A stretch of DNA of 24,000 bases from Mycoplasma testudineum (GCF_002245785.1 NZ_NNCE01000001.1:65365-89364); one strand, 5' to 3'; numbered from the stretch's first letter, positions 1-11,036 are shown. The notes: generated by a model not told the origin, from the letters alone. Translations and numbers: made by a program.

Positions 1-1
1 G

Positions 2-307
2 CAATTGCTGCCAGGACATGATGAAGATGATATTGAATTAATTAAAAAATGTTTTAAAGATAATGATCTATCAAAATTAACGATTGATGAAATTGTCGAC
101 AGAATACCAAATTCAAAAAAATTAAGTACATTTTTATTAGATGATGATTGTAATTGTTCTTTTGATAAAAAAGTTAATAGTATTAAAAATTTAGATGAAA
201 ATGTAATTAATGATTTATATAAAAATAAAGATACAGTCGAAGTTAAATGTCCGCAATGTGGTAAGAGTGATTTTATTAAAAAATCAGATTTAGGAAAGGA
301 AAATTAA
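2..307 (+). CDS. hypothetical protein, C-terminal part only (5' end outside window), with four-Cys zinc-ribbon-like motif
   Basis: Frame is open from the window edge to TAA 305-307. No family recognised. CNC then about 30 residues then CPQCG near the C-terminus. The stop overlaps the next ATG (TAATG). Confidence 0.5.
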   Translation, partial: QLLPGHDEDDIELIKKCFKDNDLSKLTIDEIVDRIPNSKKLSTFLLDDDCNCSFDKKVNSIKNLDENVINDLYKNKDTVEVKCPQCGKSDFIKKSDLGKEN

Positions 308-1806
308 TGTATAAATTTATTAAAATTGATGATTTATTGTATCTTGAATTTGATCAAGATATTAAAAAAGGTACACGTATCTTGTGAGATGATTTATTAC
401 AAAAAGTTCCTTCATACGGAAAAAGAAAAATGTTAAATGAAACATTTAAAAGTAATGCCGTTTATAAAGATGATTATAAAGATTTAGAACAATTTTTTTT
501 AAGTAGTCCAGTTTATGAAAATTTAGAAAATGAAAACAAATTAAAAATTGCAAATATAAAAATTCAAAAAGATAGTGAAATAATGGAATTGCAAAAATTA
601 CATGAACAAGAATCAAAAAGATTAGCCGAAACAATTACAGACCTTAATGCTATTAAAAGTAAATTAGATTTAGAAATTGTTGCTCTTAAAGGTCGATTGA
701 ATAATTTTGAAACCGAAAAACAAAAAGAAATTTTAGAGTTAGAACACAAAATGGATAATGCAATAAATTATGATAAACAGCAAAGCGAAAAAATAATCAA
801 CGAGCTTAATGAAAAAATTATCAATTTAAAAAATGACAATCAAAATTTAATAAACAATAAAGAACAGGAAATCACGATTGCAAAAAGCAAAGCCGAAATA
901 GATGCAAATAAAAAAATTGATGAAATTCGTATAGAAAAAGAAGAAAAAATTCAAAAAATGGAATTATCATTTACTCAAAAAATAAGTGAACTTGAAACTA
1001 CAAATTCTCATTTAGAAATGAATTTAAAACGAAAAGATGAAGATCTAGCTAATTTAAAAAGAGAAAAACAAAGCATAAATATCAAACTATTAGGTGAAGA
1101 ACTTGAAGAAGATATTTTTCAAAAAGTTACAAATAAATATGGATTGCTTGCTGAAGGAAAAATCAAATTTGAAAAAACAACTGCACCAATTAAAGGTACT
1201 AAACCTGATTTCTTATTTGAAATTATGGATGGTAAAAAAACAGTTATGAAAATAGTGATTGAAGCAAAAACATTCCAAAAATTTGATAATGATGGTAACC
1301 CTATGTTTGGAAGTACAAAAAACAGAGATCACTATTCAAAATTAGAAAAAGATAGAAATAATTTCAAGGCTGATTATGCAATTTTAGCTACAGAATTAGA
1401 ACCGCAAAACAATTTTTTAATTTCAAAACCTACCGAAAAAGAATACAGAAATATATTTGTTGTGAGACCTCAATATTTAGATAGTTTATTAGATATGTTT
1501 GTAAATATTGCAGACAAATTAAGGATAATAAATAATAAGATTATTAATTTTGAAGAAAAAGAAAATATTATTGAAAAGTTCAACAATATGAAAGACTCAA
1601 TCCTAAATATCACTATCAAAAACATTGATAATCAAGCTAATAAAATTGAAACGGCAAATGAAATGATCAAAAAACAAAGCGATATTATTGCTGCATCAAT
1701 TAGAACTATGATTGACTCTCACATAAATACCTTGAAAAATAAAATGGAAAATTTCAATATTATTAAGATGGCTGAAAAAATCTCCAAACTTGAAATGGAA
1801 GAATAA
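307..1806 (+). CDS. DUF2130-like protein: long coiled coil plus C-terminal PD-(D/E)xK-type motif (499 aa)
   Basis: ORF-track 430..1806 extends upstream through TGA 385-387 (Trp) to ATG 307, preceded by the GGAAAGGA SD. The central region is K/E/L/N/I-rich and coiled-coil-like. KPDFLFEI...IVIEAKT gives a D...ExK pattern. The architecture is recalled as the DUF2130 family and was not searched. Confidence 0.6.
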
Positions 1807-1810
1807 AAAA

Positions 1811-1840
1811 ATCTGCTTAAATCGAATAAGCAGATTTTTT
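1811..1840. terminator. bidirectional rho-independent terminator shared by the DUF2130-like gene (+) and deoA (-)
   Basis: Perfect 9-bp stem ATCTGCTTA (1811-1819) / TAAGCAGAT (1827-1835) with a 7-nt loop. An A-run lies upstream and a T-run downstream. The deoA stop (1839-1841) sits in the T-run. Confidence 0.7.
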
Positions 1841-3140
1841 ATTTCAATTGTTCAAAAATTATTGTATTTGCAACTTGTTTATCTTCTAAAGAATAAGCAC
1901 CTTTAAATAAATTAGTAATTGAATTAGGAATGGGTTTTGAAGAATAAAGTGTAAATAATACATCGTCTTTTTGGACAACATCATTAGTTTGTTTATTAAA
2001 TCAAATCCCGGCTTCATTATCTAATATATCTTCTTTAGTATGTCTTCCTGCCCCTAATTCTAAAGCTGTAATACCAAATGCTAAAGCATCTTTAATAACT
2101 AAATAACCTTGTTTGTCTGCTTTGATATCTAATGAATATTTTGGATTTCATCATTTATCTTGAGTAATTTCTTCAAAATTTCCGCCCTGTGCTTCTATGA
2201 AATTTTTAAATGAATCTAAAGCACTTCCTTGTCTGATTACTTTTTCAATTAATGTAATTGCTTCACCTTGTGTTTTAGCTTTTTGAGCCATAATTAATAA
2301 AGTTGCTGCTGATGAATAAATAATTGTTTTAATATCATTAGCATAATGACCTTGCAATGTTTGAATTGCTTCAAGAACTTCATTTTTATTTCCGATTGCT
2401 CTACCTAGAGGACGATCCATGTTTGTAATTTCAACTCTTACTTCACGATTTAATAATTTACCAATGGCAATCATTCTTTTACCAAGTTCTCTTGCACTTT
2501 TAATAGTTTTCATGAAAGCACCTTTACCAACTTTTACATCTAATAAAATTTTATCTGAACCAGTAGCAAGTTTTTTTGACATTATTGATGAAGCAATTAA
2601 TGGAATTGAATTAACTGTACCTGTTACATCTCTAAGTGCGTAGATTAATTTGTCAGCAGGAACTAATTTTTCATCTTGACCAATAATTGCCATATTAATT
2701 TTATTAACTTGATTTTTAAAATCATTATCGCTTAATGATATTGAAAAATTATTAATAGATTCAAGTTTATCAATTGTGCCTCCAGTATGACCTAAACCTC
2801 TACCACTCATTTTGGCAAATTTAACACCGCAAGCAGCTAAAATAGGACCTAAAATTAAACTAATTTTATCCCCTACTCCACCTGTAGAATGTTTGTCAAC
2901 TTTGATACCAGAAATATCACTTAAATCTAAAATAGAACCGCTGTACATCATTGCCATTGTTAAATGTGTAAGTTCTTCATCATTCATTCCATTAAATCTT
3001 ATTGCCATTAATAATGATGACATTTGATAATCTTTAATTCTTTTATCTACAAAACCATTAACAATAAAATTTATTTCATCTTTAGAAAGTTCTTGATTTT
3101 GAAATTTTTTTTCAATTAAACTAACAATATTAAAATCCAT
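1839..3140 (-). CDS. deoA: pyrimidine-nucleoside (thymidine) phosphorylase, 433 aa
   Basis: N-terminus with the KHSTGGVGDK motif and SGRGLGHTGGTIDKLES. ORF-track 2151..3140 ends at TGA. Reading TGA as Trp (two adjacent at 2148-2153, one at 2001-2003) continues the frame to TAA 1839-1841. I checked every codon and found no TAA/TAG. Confidence 0.9.
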
Positions 3141-3143
3141 TTT

Positions 3144-3842
3144 TTAAATTGCTCCTAAAGCAACTTCGATCATTTTAGTAAATTTATTTTGTCTTTCTTC
3201 ACTAGAAGTTTCTTCATGTGTTACTAAATTGTCACTGATTGTTAATAAACATGCTGCTTTTTTATTTAATTTTTTTGCAACTGCAAATAGTGCTGATGAT
3301 TCCATTTCAACAGCTGCTGCTTGAGTTAATTTAATTGTTTCATCTAAATCTCTAACTGCATAAAAAACATCTGATGAGTGAACTCTTTCTAATTTAACTT
3401 CAATTCCAGCTTTTTTTGCAGAAGCAATTAATTTGTCATTTAATGAAGAACTAGGTTTTCAAATATTAGATTTAATTCCTGCTATTATTTCTCCAAAACT
3501 ATCATTATCTGTATAAGCTTCAGTTGCTAGAATTACATCGTAAAGATTTAAATCTTTAGTATAAGCACCTGCTGAACCTACTCTAATTATTGATTCAACT
3601 CCGTAATTTGCATATAGTTCATGAGAATAAATTCCTATAGAAGCATTACCCATTCCACTAGCAGCAATAGTAACTTCTTTACCTTTATATGTTCCTGTGT
3701 ACATAAACACATTTCTAACTGTGTTTACCAATCTTGGATTTTCCAAAAATTGTTCAGCCATATGTTTAGCACGAAGTGGGTCTCCTGGCATTAAAACAAA
3801 TTTAGCGATGTCGCCTTTTTTAGCATTTATGTGTGGTGTCAT
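3144..3842 (-). CDS. deoD: purine-nucleoside phosphorylase DeoD type, 232 aa
   Basis: MTPHINAKKGDIA...LMPGDPLRAK...GMGNASIGIYSHEL...RVGSAGA is typical DeoD. TGA at 3459-3461 read as Trp extends to TAA 3144-3146. Only 3 nt separate it from the deoA start. Confidence 0.9.
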
Positions 3843-3952
3843 TTTAACCGTCCTATTTTGATTTTATATTTAAATATTTTAGCCTATTTTTTATCTTTCT
3901 TAACACTATGGTTTGCTAACGGAAGTTAAAAAAAGAGACTAAAAAAGAAAAA

Positions 3953-3979
3953 TTGACAACGTTGAAAATAATGTAAAAT
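3953..3979 (+). promoter_or_regulatory. candidate sigma-70-type promoter for the 4018-5408 gene pair
   Basis: TTGACA 3953-3958 and TGTAAAAT with TAAAAT 3974-3979. The spacer is only 15 nt, which is suboptimal. AGGAG SD at 4008-4012 precedes ATG 4018. Confidence 0.3.
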
Positions 3980-4017
3980 TTAATAAACAATAAATAATAT
4001 GAGATTTAGGAGAAATT

Positions 4018-4476
4018 ATGAGTGCTACTAAAAAAATGCTTGTGGCTGGAATGGCTTTAGGTTCGATCGTTGTAGTTGGTGGAGCAGTTGGTATTGGTGT
4101 AATAATTGCACAAAGAAGATCAAGAGTTACTACTTTAACTGCTGAGGCTTTAAGAAACTATCAAGAAGCAGTTGATAAGAAAGTTACTGATGAAATAGCA
4201 TTGATGAGTAAAAATCAACCGGCAACTGCAGTTTTTACAACTATCGAAAACGGAGAAACAAAAAATATTTCTTCAACATCTGCAAATTCTCTTTTCAATA
4301 TCGACTCAATTCCAAGACCGAGCGATACTGTAACAGCAGTTGTAATTGTTAATCATGTTAGTGCAACGGATGTGTCAATTAGAATTGAGTTTAATATTAA
4401 TGGAAGTGCAGCGCAAGTCGAAGGATTTGTTAATACTTCAATATTATCATTTACTGGCTTTAACGCAAGCGCTTAA
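4018..4476 (+). CDS. membrane-anchored hypothetical protein (single N-terminal TM helix), 152 aa
   Basis: Good SD. N-terminal KK then the hydrophobic segment MLVAGMALGSIVVVGGAVGIGVIIA then RRSR. The remainder is S/T/N/V-rich. No family recognised. Confidence 0.6.
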   Translation: MSATKKMLVAGMALGSIVVVGGAVGIGVIIAQRRSRVTTLTAEALRNYQEAVDKKVTDEIALMSKNQPATAVFTTIENGETKNISSTSANSLFNIDSIPRPSDTVTAVVIVNHVSATDVSIRIEFNINGSAAQVEGFVNTSILSFTGFNASA

Positions 4477-4478
4477 TT

Positions 4479-5408
4479 ATGACTGACCAACTGGATAAAA
4501 ATATACTTTGAAATAAGCTTTTTGGTTTTAAAGAGTATGCATTTGACCTTGACGGAAATTTAATTCTTAAAAATGAATATGAAACAGATAGCCCATTTGC
4601 CTGAGCTATTGGTTTTTTTAATCCTGAAAGCAATCAATTTTACATTGCAAGTAAATCATTTATTAAACAAAGAAAAAACTTAACTGAATTTATAACATTA
4701 AATGAAAATTCATTTAAGTTAATTTCTACAACTAGCGATGAATATAAATGGATTTCAAATAATTTACTAAATGAACCAAAATTAGTTGAAAATAACGATT
4801 TATTTATGCTTAACTCAATAACTGAACAAGATTCCGGAAGCGATTTAGTTTTTGCAATATCAATTAAGCAAATGAAAAAAGATGCTTGAAAAAGGTTTGT
4901 TACATATATAACAAAAGTTGCCAAATACTACAATTTGATTAATTATGAACCTTTAACTCATGAAGGTAAGCATACATTAAAATTAAAGTTTAATGTCCAA
5001 GATGATATTGAAAGCGAAAAAATTGTTGATTTAGCAATTTCATTAGTTTCACTAATTCCTTTATTTGTTTTAAGAATGCGTAAATCAGTTGGTGATATTT
5101 GAGCTGACTCTAATTTCTTAAGACCAGGATATTATTTCAATTTGTTCATGATAGAATTCAAAAAATTAGTTGATCCTGAAATTTTGAACAAAATCGATTT
5201 TAGCAATTACACAAGTGTGTTTAAAAATACAATTTTTCTAAATGAAGACTTGAAAAAAGAGTTGGTAAAATTTGGATATAAATTAGAATTTTTTGAAGAA
5301 GCAAAAGTTTTAGCTGTTGACAATTTTTTTAGACTAGATTTATTTAAAAATAGTTACAACGAATATATTTTAAAATTGCGAAATAATTTAGCCACTAAGT
5401 TACCTTAA
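4479..5408 (+). CDS. hypothetical protein, 309 aa
   Basis: ATG 4479 lies 2 nt after the previous stop. Four in-frame TGA codons (4509, 4602, 4887, 5100) join it to ORF-track 5142..5408. The whole frame was checked by hand with no TAA/TAG. No family recognised. Confidence 0.6.
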
Positions 5409-5414
5409 ACTTTG

Positions 5415-5443
5415 TTACAATAATTTGAATCTTATGCTAATAT
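5415..5443 (+). promoter_or_regulatory. candidate promoter (TTACAA-N17-TGcTAATAT) giving a leaderless transcript of the LacI-like gene
   Basis: TTACAA 5415-5420, TG 5435-5436, TAATAT 5438-5443. ATG 5450 is 7 nt after the -10 element and no SD is present. Confidence 0.45.
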
Positions 5444-5449
5444 TTTTCT

Positions 5450-6472
5450 ATGGTTAACAAAAATAAAAAAGCGAAAAATTCAAAAATTCAAAAAGAAAAA
5501 AAATTTTATAAGTCTGCTAAATTGACCTATGCCGAAATAGCAGCAAGAGCCAATGTAGGTATTGGAACTATTTCGCGTTTCTTTAATAATGGTTATATCA
5601 GTGAAATAAGTGCATCGAGGATTTCATCGGTAATAAAAATGGAGCAAGAAAAACAACATTTTCTTTCTAGGAAATACAATCTTGAAGAAAAAAAATATTA
5701 TTTAATTGCTAAAAAGTTTTCTGACCAAGACTTAATTAATATAATGAATACTTTGGATAGCGGAACTAAAATACCGTTTAATCAAATTTCAATTATAAGT
5801 GTTGGCAATGATAATGATACTTACTTTAGAGAACTAAAAAATGCCATTAGCAAGTTACCTAATGGTATTGTTTTAATTAATCCACCTAAATATCCACCTA
5901 TGGTTAAATATTTAGAAGAAACATCATATTTACCCAAAATTGTCTCATTTGGTTCAATTATTGAAGGTGTAAATTCTGTTTACATCGACTATAAAAAAAT
6001 TATCGAAGAAATCAGTACTGAATTTGTTAACGCAACAGGTGATAGAGGCTTGGCACTAGTAACTGATTCAAGACTAAATCTTCAGGCAGTAAAATTGCAA
6101 ACAGAAATGTTTATAGAATTTTGTAAATCAAGCAACAATTATTGCAAAATTAAATTTTTTGACAGTAAAAATAATTCAACAATTACAAACGTAATAAGTG
6201 AATTAAAAGAAGCTTCAATTCGCAATGCTATTTGTACAACACATGAAGTGTTTCAGAATTTAATGATTTATAATAATGATAGTTACTTTAGATTAAGTGA
6301 TATAGGATACAATAATATTTTTGATTACAATAGAGGTTACTTTATAAAAGAATTTATCGACTATTATCAAATATATTTAGAAATAGAAAGAATTTTATTA
6401 AGTGATGATATGACACCAGTTATTTTGCCAATTCAAGGAAGCTTAATAAAACCAGAGATAGAATATGATTAA
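5450..6472 (+). CDS. LacI-family transcriptional regulator, 340 aa
   Basis: LacI-type HTH TYAEIAARANVGIGTISRFFNNGYISEISASRISSVI follows a Lys-rich 24-aa N-terminal extension. The C-terminal region has periplasmic-binding-protein-like length. Confidence 0.8.
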   Translation: MVNKNKKAKNSKIQKEKKFYKSAKLTYAEIAARANVGIGTISRFFNNGYISEISASRISSVIKMEQEKQHFLSRKYNLEEKKYYLIAKKFSDQDLINIMNTLDSGTKIPFNQISIISVGNDNDTYFRELKNAISKLPNGIVLINPPKYPPMVKYLEETSYLPKIVSFGSIIEGVNSVYIDYKKIIEEISTEFVNATGDRGLALVTDSRLNLQAVKLQTEMFIEFCKSSNNYCKIKFFDSKNNSTITNVISELKEASIRNAICTTHEVFQNLMIYNNDSYFRLSDIGYNNIFDYNRGYFIKEFIDYYQIYLEIERILLSDDMTPVILPIQGSLIKPEIEYD

Positions 6473-7301
6473 ATTAGGTTCACACGTTCCATTTAGTGCA
6501 CCCGGTTACCTTGAAAAAGCAATTGAAATAAGTGTTAATAATAAGGCTAATTGTGCAATGATATATTTAGGAGCGCCCCAAAATACTAAAAGAGTAGCAA
6601 TTGAAAAATACAATTTAGAAAAGTACAAACAAAAATATGAAACTATAATTTCCTTAAAAGATATTATAGTTCATGCACCATATATTGTTAATCCATCTAA
6701 TCCTGATAAGCAAGAATTTGCAGTTGAATTTTTAACACAAGAAATTGAAAGAATGCATAAAACTGGATTAGAAATTTTAGTATTGCATCCAGGCGCTTTT
6801 ACAAATCATTCAGTTGATATTGCAATAAACACTTTAATAAGTTCATTAAATCAAATTTTTGAAAATACTAAGTATAGTAATGTTTCGATTGCTTTGGAAA
6901 CTATGGCGGGTAAAGGTACTGAAATTGGGATTAAATTTGAACAGCTTTTAAGAGTGATTGAAGCAGTTAAATCACCAAGATTATCAATTTGTTTAGATAC
7001 TTGTCATTTATGAGATGCAGGATACAATTTAAAAAAATACGATGAATTTAAAAAAGAGCTTGTTGCAAAAGATTTACTTAAACATGTTTCGGTAATTCAT
7101 TTAAATGATTCTAAAAATGATTTAGGTGCAGCAAAAGATAGACATGAAAATATTGATAAAGGATTTATTGGTTTAGAAACTTTGGCAAAATTTGTTCATG
7201 ATAAAGATTTTGATAATATCCCTATTGTTTTAGAAACTCCAATACCGGAAAATGGTCCGATATATGATAAAGAAATTGAGATGTTAAGGAAGGCAAAATA
7301 A
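6465..7301 (+). CDS. nfo: deoxyribonuclease IV (endonuclease IV), 278 aa
   Basis: MIKLGSHV...VHAPYIVNPSN...HPGA...ALETMAGKGTEIG...CLDTCHLWDAGY...IHLNDSK...DRHENIDKG...LETP are metal-ligand motifs typical of Nfo. TGA 7011-7013 read as Trp. The start overlaps the LacI-like stop (ATGATTAA). Confidence 0.9.
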
Positions 7302-7302
7302 T

Positions 7303-9081
7303 ATGTTTTATTTACTTAAAATAGTAAGAGGCAGACTTTTAGTTATTGTAATATTAACTATTATTTTGATTCTAGTTCAAACTGGTGTTTCTTATTATCA
7401 AACAATTGTTTTATCAGAACTTATTCCTAGTCCTAATTCTGGGAGTTTGAGCAATGATAATTTTGTTATTAATTTAATTTTAGTTTTTGCTTTAGCTCTA
7501 GCAGCATTTATTTCATCGCTTTTTGCAAATTATTTTGCAGTTAGTGCATCTAGTCAGCTCGCTATGCAATTAAGACTTCAGATTTATGACAAAATTTTAA
7601 AATTAACTAATAAAGATATCCAAAATTTTACAACAGCTTCACTTACTGTAAGATCAACAAGCGATATTAAATTTTTTCAAGAAGCTTTTTTGGAAATGAT
7701 AATTTTCATTCCTCGAGGTGCTTCATTAGTAATTGGTGCAATAGTAACTGGAATTATTTTAAGTCCAAGTTTGTCACTAATCATGGCTTTTACAATTCCA
7801 TTTTTTATAATCATTACAAGTACAATTGGTGCAAAATCAAGAAAATTTCTTAAACTGCAACGAGAAGCACTTGATACAGTTCAAAGATTAATGAGAGAAT
7901 CAATTTTAGGAACAAGAGTAATTAAAAGTTATAACCTAGAAAATAAATTACAAAGCGGTTTTGATGAAGCTGACAATCTTTATGTAACAACTTCTAAACA
8001 AAGTGCACAACGTTTTTCATTTATTCAACCAATTGCAATTACCGTAATCAACGTATCTATAATGGTTGCATTTATTGTTGCTTCATATTTACAAATAAAT
8101 GGAATTGACACACAAATATTATCCTTAGTAATTCCGTTTACACTAGTAATATTTAGATCATCAATTGGTTTATTTTTACTTTCATATGGACTAACACAAA
8201 TTATGATGTCATCACAAAATGCTAATAGAGTTTCACAAGTTTTAAAATTTGAAATTATTAAAAAATGAAATGACGAAAACTTAGAAATTACAAATGGTGA
8301 TATTGAATTAAAAGATGTTAATTTTAGATATTATGAAAGTTCAAAACTAGCACTAGAAAATATTAATATTAAAATTAAAAACAAACAAAGAATTGGAATC
8401 ATAGGACCAACCGGAAGCGGTAAATCAACTCTAGTTAATTTGCTTGTTCGTAATTTTGAACCTGAATCTGGAACAATAAAAATTTCAAATACTGACATAA
8501 GCTTAATTGACAAACGAAGTTTAAATAATGATGTTGGATTAGCATTTCAAGAACCGCAAATTCTTTCTGGAACAATAAAATCAAATATTGAATTAGTTCA
8601 CAGAATTGAAAATATTAAGGATTTAGAATCAAAAAATAATGAAATTATTAATTCATTAAGATTAGCTGAAGCTTGAGAATTTGTAAATAAATTCGAAAAT
8701 AATATAGATCATGTTATTGAACAGCGCGGTAATAATTTATCTGGTGGTCAAAAACAAAGATTACAAATAGCTAGAATAATGGCACAAAAAGCTAAGATAA
8801 CAATTTTTGACGATTCAACTTCTGCTTTAGATAAAATTACCGAAAGAAATGTTTTAAGTAATATAAATAATGAATTAGATACTACTTTAATTGTCGTTGC
8901 TCAAAGAATTGATTCAGTAGAAAACATGGATAAAATTATTTTCATGGATAATGGGAAAATAATTTCACAAGGTACACATGCTGAATTATTAAGAGAAAAT
9001 AAGCATTATCGAAATATTGCATATATTCAAAATGGTAAAGAAAGAACCGATGCTCAAATCAGGGAGTTGAATAATGCTTAA
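7303..9081 (+). CDS. ABC exporter permease/ATP-binding protein, subunit with degenerate ATPase motifs, 592 aa
   Basis: Three ORF-track pieces (7303, 8440, 8779) share one frame and are joined by TGA=Trp. N-terminal 6-TM-type domain. Walker A GPTGSGKST, signature LSGGQKQR, Walker B ITIFDD (D in place of the catalytic E), H-loop VAQRIDS (Q in place of H). Confidence 0.9.
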
Positions 9082-10915
9082 AAAAGTCTTTTTAAAAAAA
9101 CAACCAAATTTTTTAAATGGATTCAATTTCATTTGAAGATATTTAAAAAATTTTAAAAAAGCTTCGATTTTCGTAGTTGTTGTAACAATAATCATTGCTT
9201 TAATTAATGTTGGTGCAATTGTAGCTTTATTTCTTTTAATGCAACTTGTTGCTCAAGCAAATCAAAATAATAATATTGCTACACAAGTAATTATTTATTC
9301 AGCAGTATTACTTGGAGCATATCTTGTCATATTAGTTTTAAGTATAATAAGAAACTGAATTGTCGTAGTTGTTTCAACTGATGTAGCTCATTTAATGAGA
9401 AGTGATTTATTCATAAAGTTAAAGCTTTTAAAAATTATTTATTATGACCAAACTCCAAGTGGAGATTTACTTTCAAGAGTTTCTAATGACATGGAAAATA
9501 TTATTAGATTTTTATCAAATAATATTTCTCAAATTATTGGTGATGTTACACAAATGCTTGTTATGGCTATAGCTATGTTTGTATTTTCACCGCAAATTTC
9601 TGCTATTGTGATTTTTGGTTTTTTACCTATTTCATTAGTAATAATTATTTTTATTGCAAGAATAAGTAGAAAACGTTACACAGATAGACAAACTTCACTA
9701 GGTGAAATGAATGGATTTTTAGAAGAAACTATTTCAGCAGCCAGAACCATTAAAACTTTAGGTGCTGAAGAAATTTTGCAAAATAAATTTAATGATTTAG
9801 CTACAAAGCAAAAGAAAAATGATGTTAAAGCTTTAATTAATTCGTATTGAGTATTAAGCTGGAATTTATTTTCAGGCGATTTAATGAACTTAGTAGTTAT
9901 TGTTTTTCCAGTTATATTTGCAGTAAACAATATTCATTTTGGCGGAATTAACACTACATTAAATGCAAGCGGAACTACCAACATTGGTGCTGCATATAGT
10001 GTTTTAACTGTATTTACATTATTGTCAAGAAACTTTTCAGGACCAATGTTTCAAATTTTTAATAACATTAACGTCTTACAAAATTCTATAGCCGGTTTAA
10101 AAAGAGTAATGAATATTTTCGAACAAGAAAATGAAGCAAATGAATCAGAAAAATATGACTTGCAAAATATTAGAGGAGACATTCTAATAAAAGATTTGAC
10201 TTTTTCATATGACGGAAATAAAAACGTTTTACACGGAATAAATTTACATGTTAAATATGGAGAAGTAGTTGCAATTGTAGGTCCAACCGGATCAGGTAAA
10301 ACTACTTTTATAAATTTACTTACTAAATTTTACGATATAGAAAATGGATATATATTTATTGATGGTGTAGATATTAGAAAAATCACCAAAGAATCAATGA
10401 GAAAAAATGTTTCATTAGTTTTACAAGATAATTTCTTATTTAATGAAACAGTTTTAGAAAATATTAGAAATGGTAATTTAAAAGCTACCGATGAAGATGT
10501 TTATGCAGCTGCTAAAGCAGCGCATGCGCACGAAATGATACTAAGACTAGAAGATGGATATAAGACTGTTTTAGACGATACTAAAATCACATTATCAACT
10601 GGAGAAAAACAATTAATTTCAATTGCAAGAGCAATTTTGAAAAATTCAACTTTATTAATATTAGATGAAGCTACTTCAAATATAGATAGTGAAACAGAAA
10701 GTTTAATTCAAAAAGCTCTTTTAAAATTACAAGAAAATAAAACTTCTTTTATTATCGCTCATAGACTTTCAACAATACGTAATGCAGATAAAATTGTTGT
10801 CTTAAAAGATGGGAAAATAATTGAAGTTGGAACACATGACCAATTACTTAAATTAGATGGATTCTATGCCAAAATGTCAAAATCTGGCAAAGAAGATGCT
10901 GATTTATTTGTTTAA
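9074..10915 (+). CDS. ABC exporter permease/ATP-binding protein, subunit with consensus Walker B/H-loop, 613 aa
   Basis: ATG 9074 overlaps the upstream stop (ATGCTTAA). The frame was checked through TGA 9134, 9356 and 9848. Walker A GPTGSGKTT, Walker B LLILDEATS, H-loop IAHRLST, but the signature is degenerate (LSTGEKQ). Confidence 0.9.
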
Positions 10916-10919
10916 AATT

Positions 10920-10948
10920 ATATGCAAATTGTACTTTGCATATTTTTT
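10920..10948 (+). terminator. rho-independent terminator of the ABC exporter operon
   Basis: ATATGCAAA (10920-10928) / TTTGCATAT (10935-10943) form a perfect 9-bp stem with a 6-nt loop, followed by TTTTT. Confidence 0.7.
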
Positions 10949-11004
10949 AATTTACTAATTAGATTAAATTTCTTTAAGACAAATTAGGAAAAATTGTTCA
11001 TTCC

Positions 11005-11036
11005 TTGACTATTATTTAATTTCAAATTTATATATA
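11005..11036 (+). promoter_or_regulatory. candidate promoter of the nuclease cassette
   Basis: TTGACT 11005-11010, then a 17-18 nt spacer, then TTATATATA (11028-11036). AAGAGG SD at 11064-11069 precedes ATG 11074. Confidence 0.4.

Noticed and set aside
446-749. Short minus-strand ORFs (446..634, 564..749) inside the DUF2130-like gene
   Set aside because: They are antisense to a long coherent CDS, have no translation signals and are Phe/Leu/Ile-rich as the reverse complement of K/E/N codons. The same reasoning rejects 2419..2643, 2812..3027, 4640..4924, 8331..8513, 8989..9195, 9676..9930, 19022..19258 and 22390..22617.
3843-4017. LacI/CcpA-type palindromic operator near the deoD promoter (TAACggaaGTTA at about 3917-3928)
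   Set aside because: Only 4-bp arms with a non-palindromic centre. It does not match cre or PurR-like consensus and is expected by chance in AT-rich DNA.
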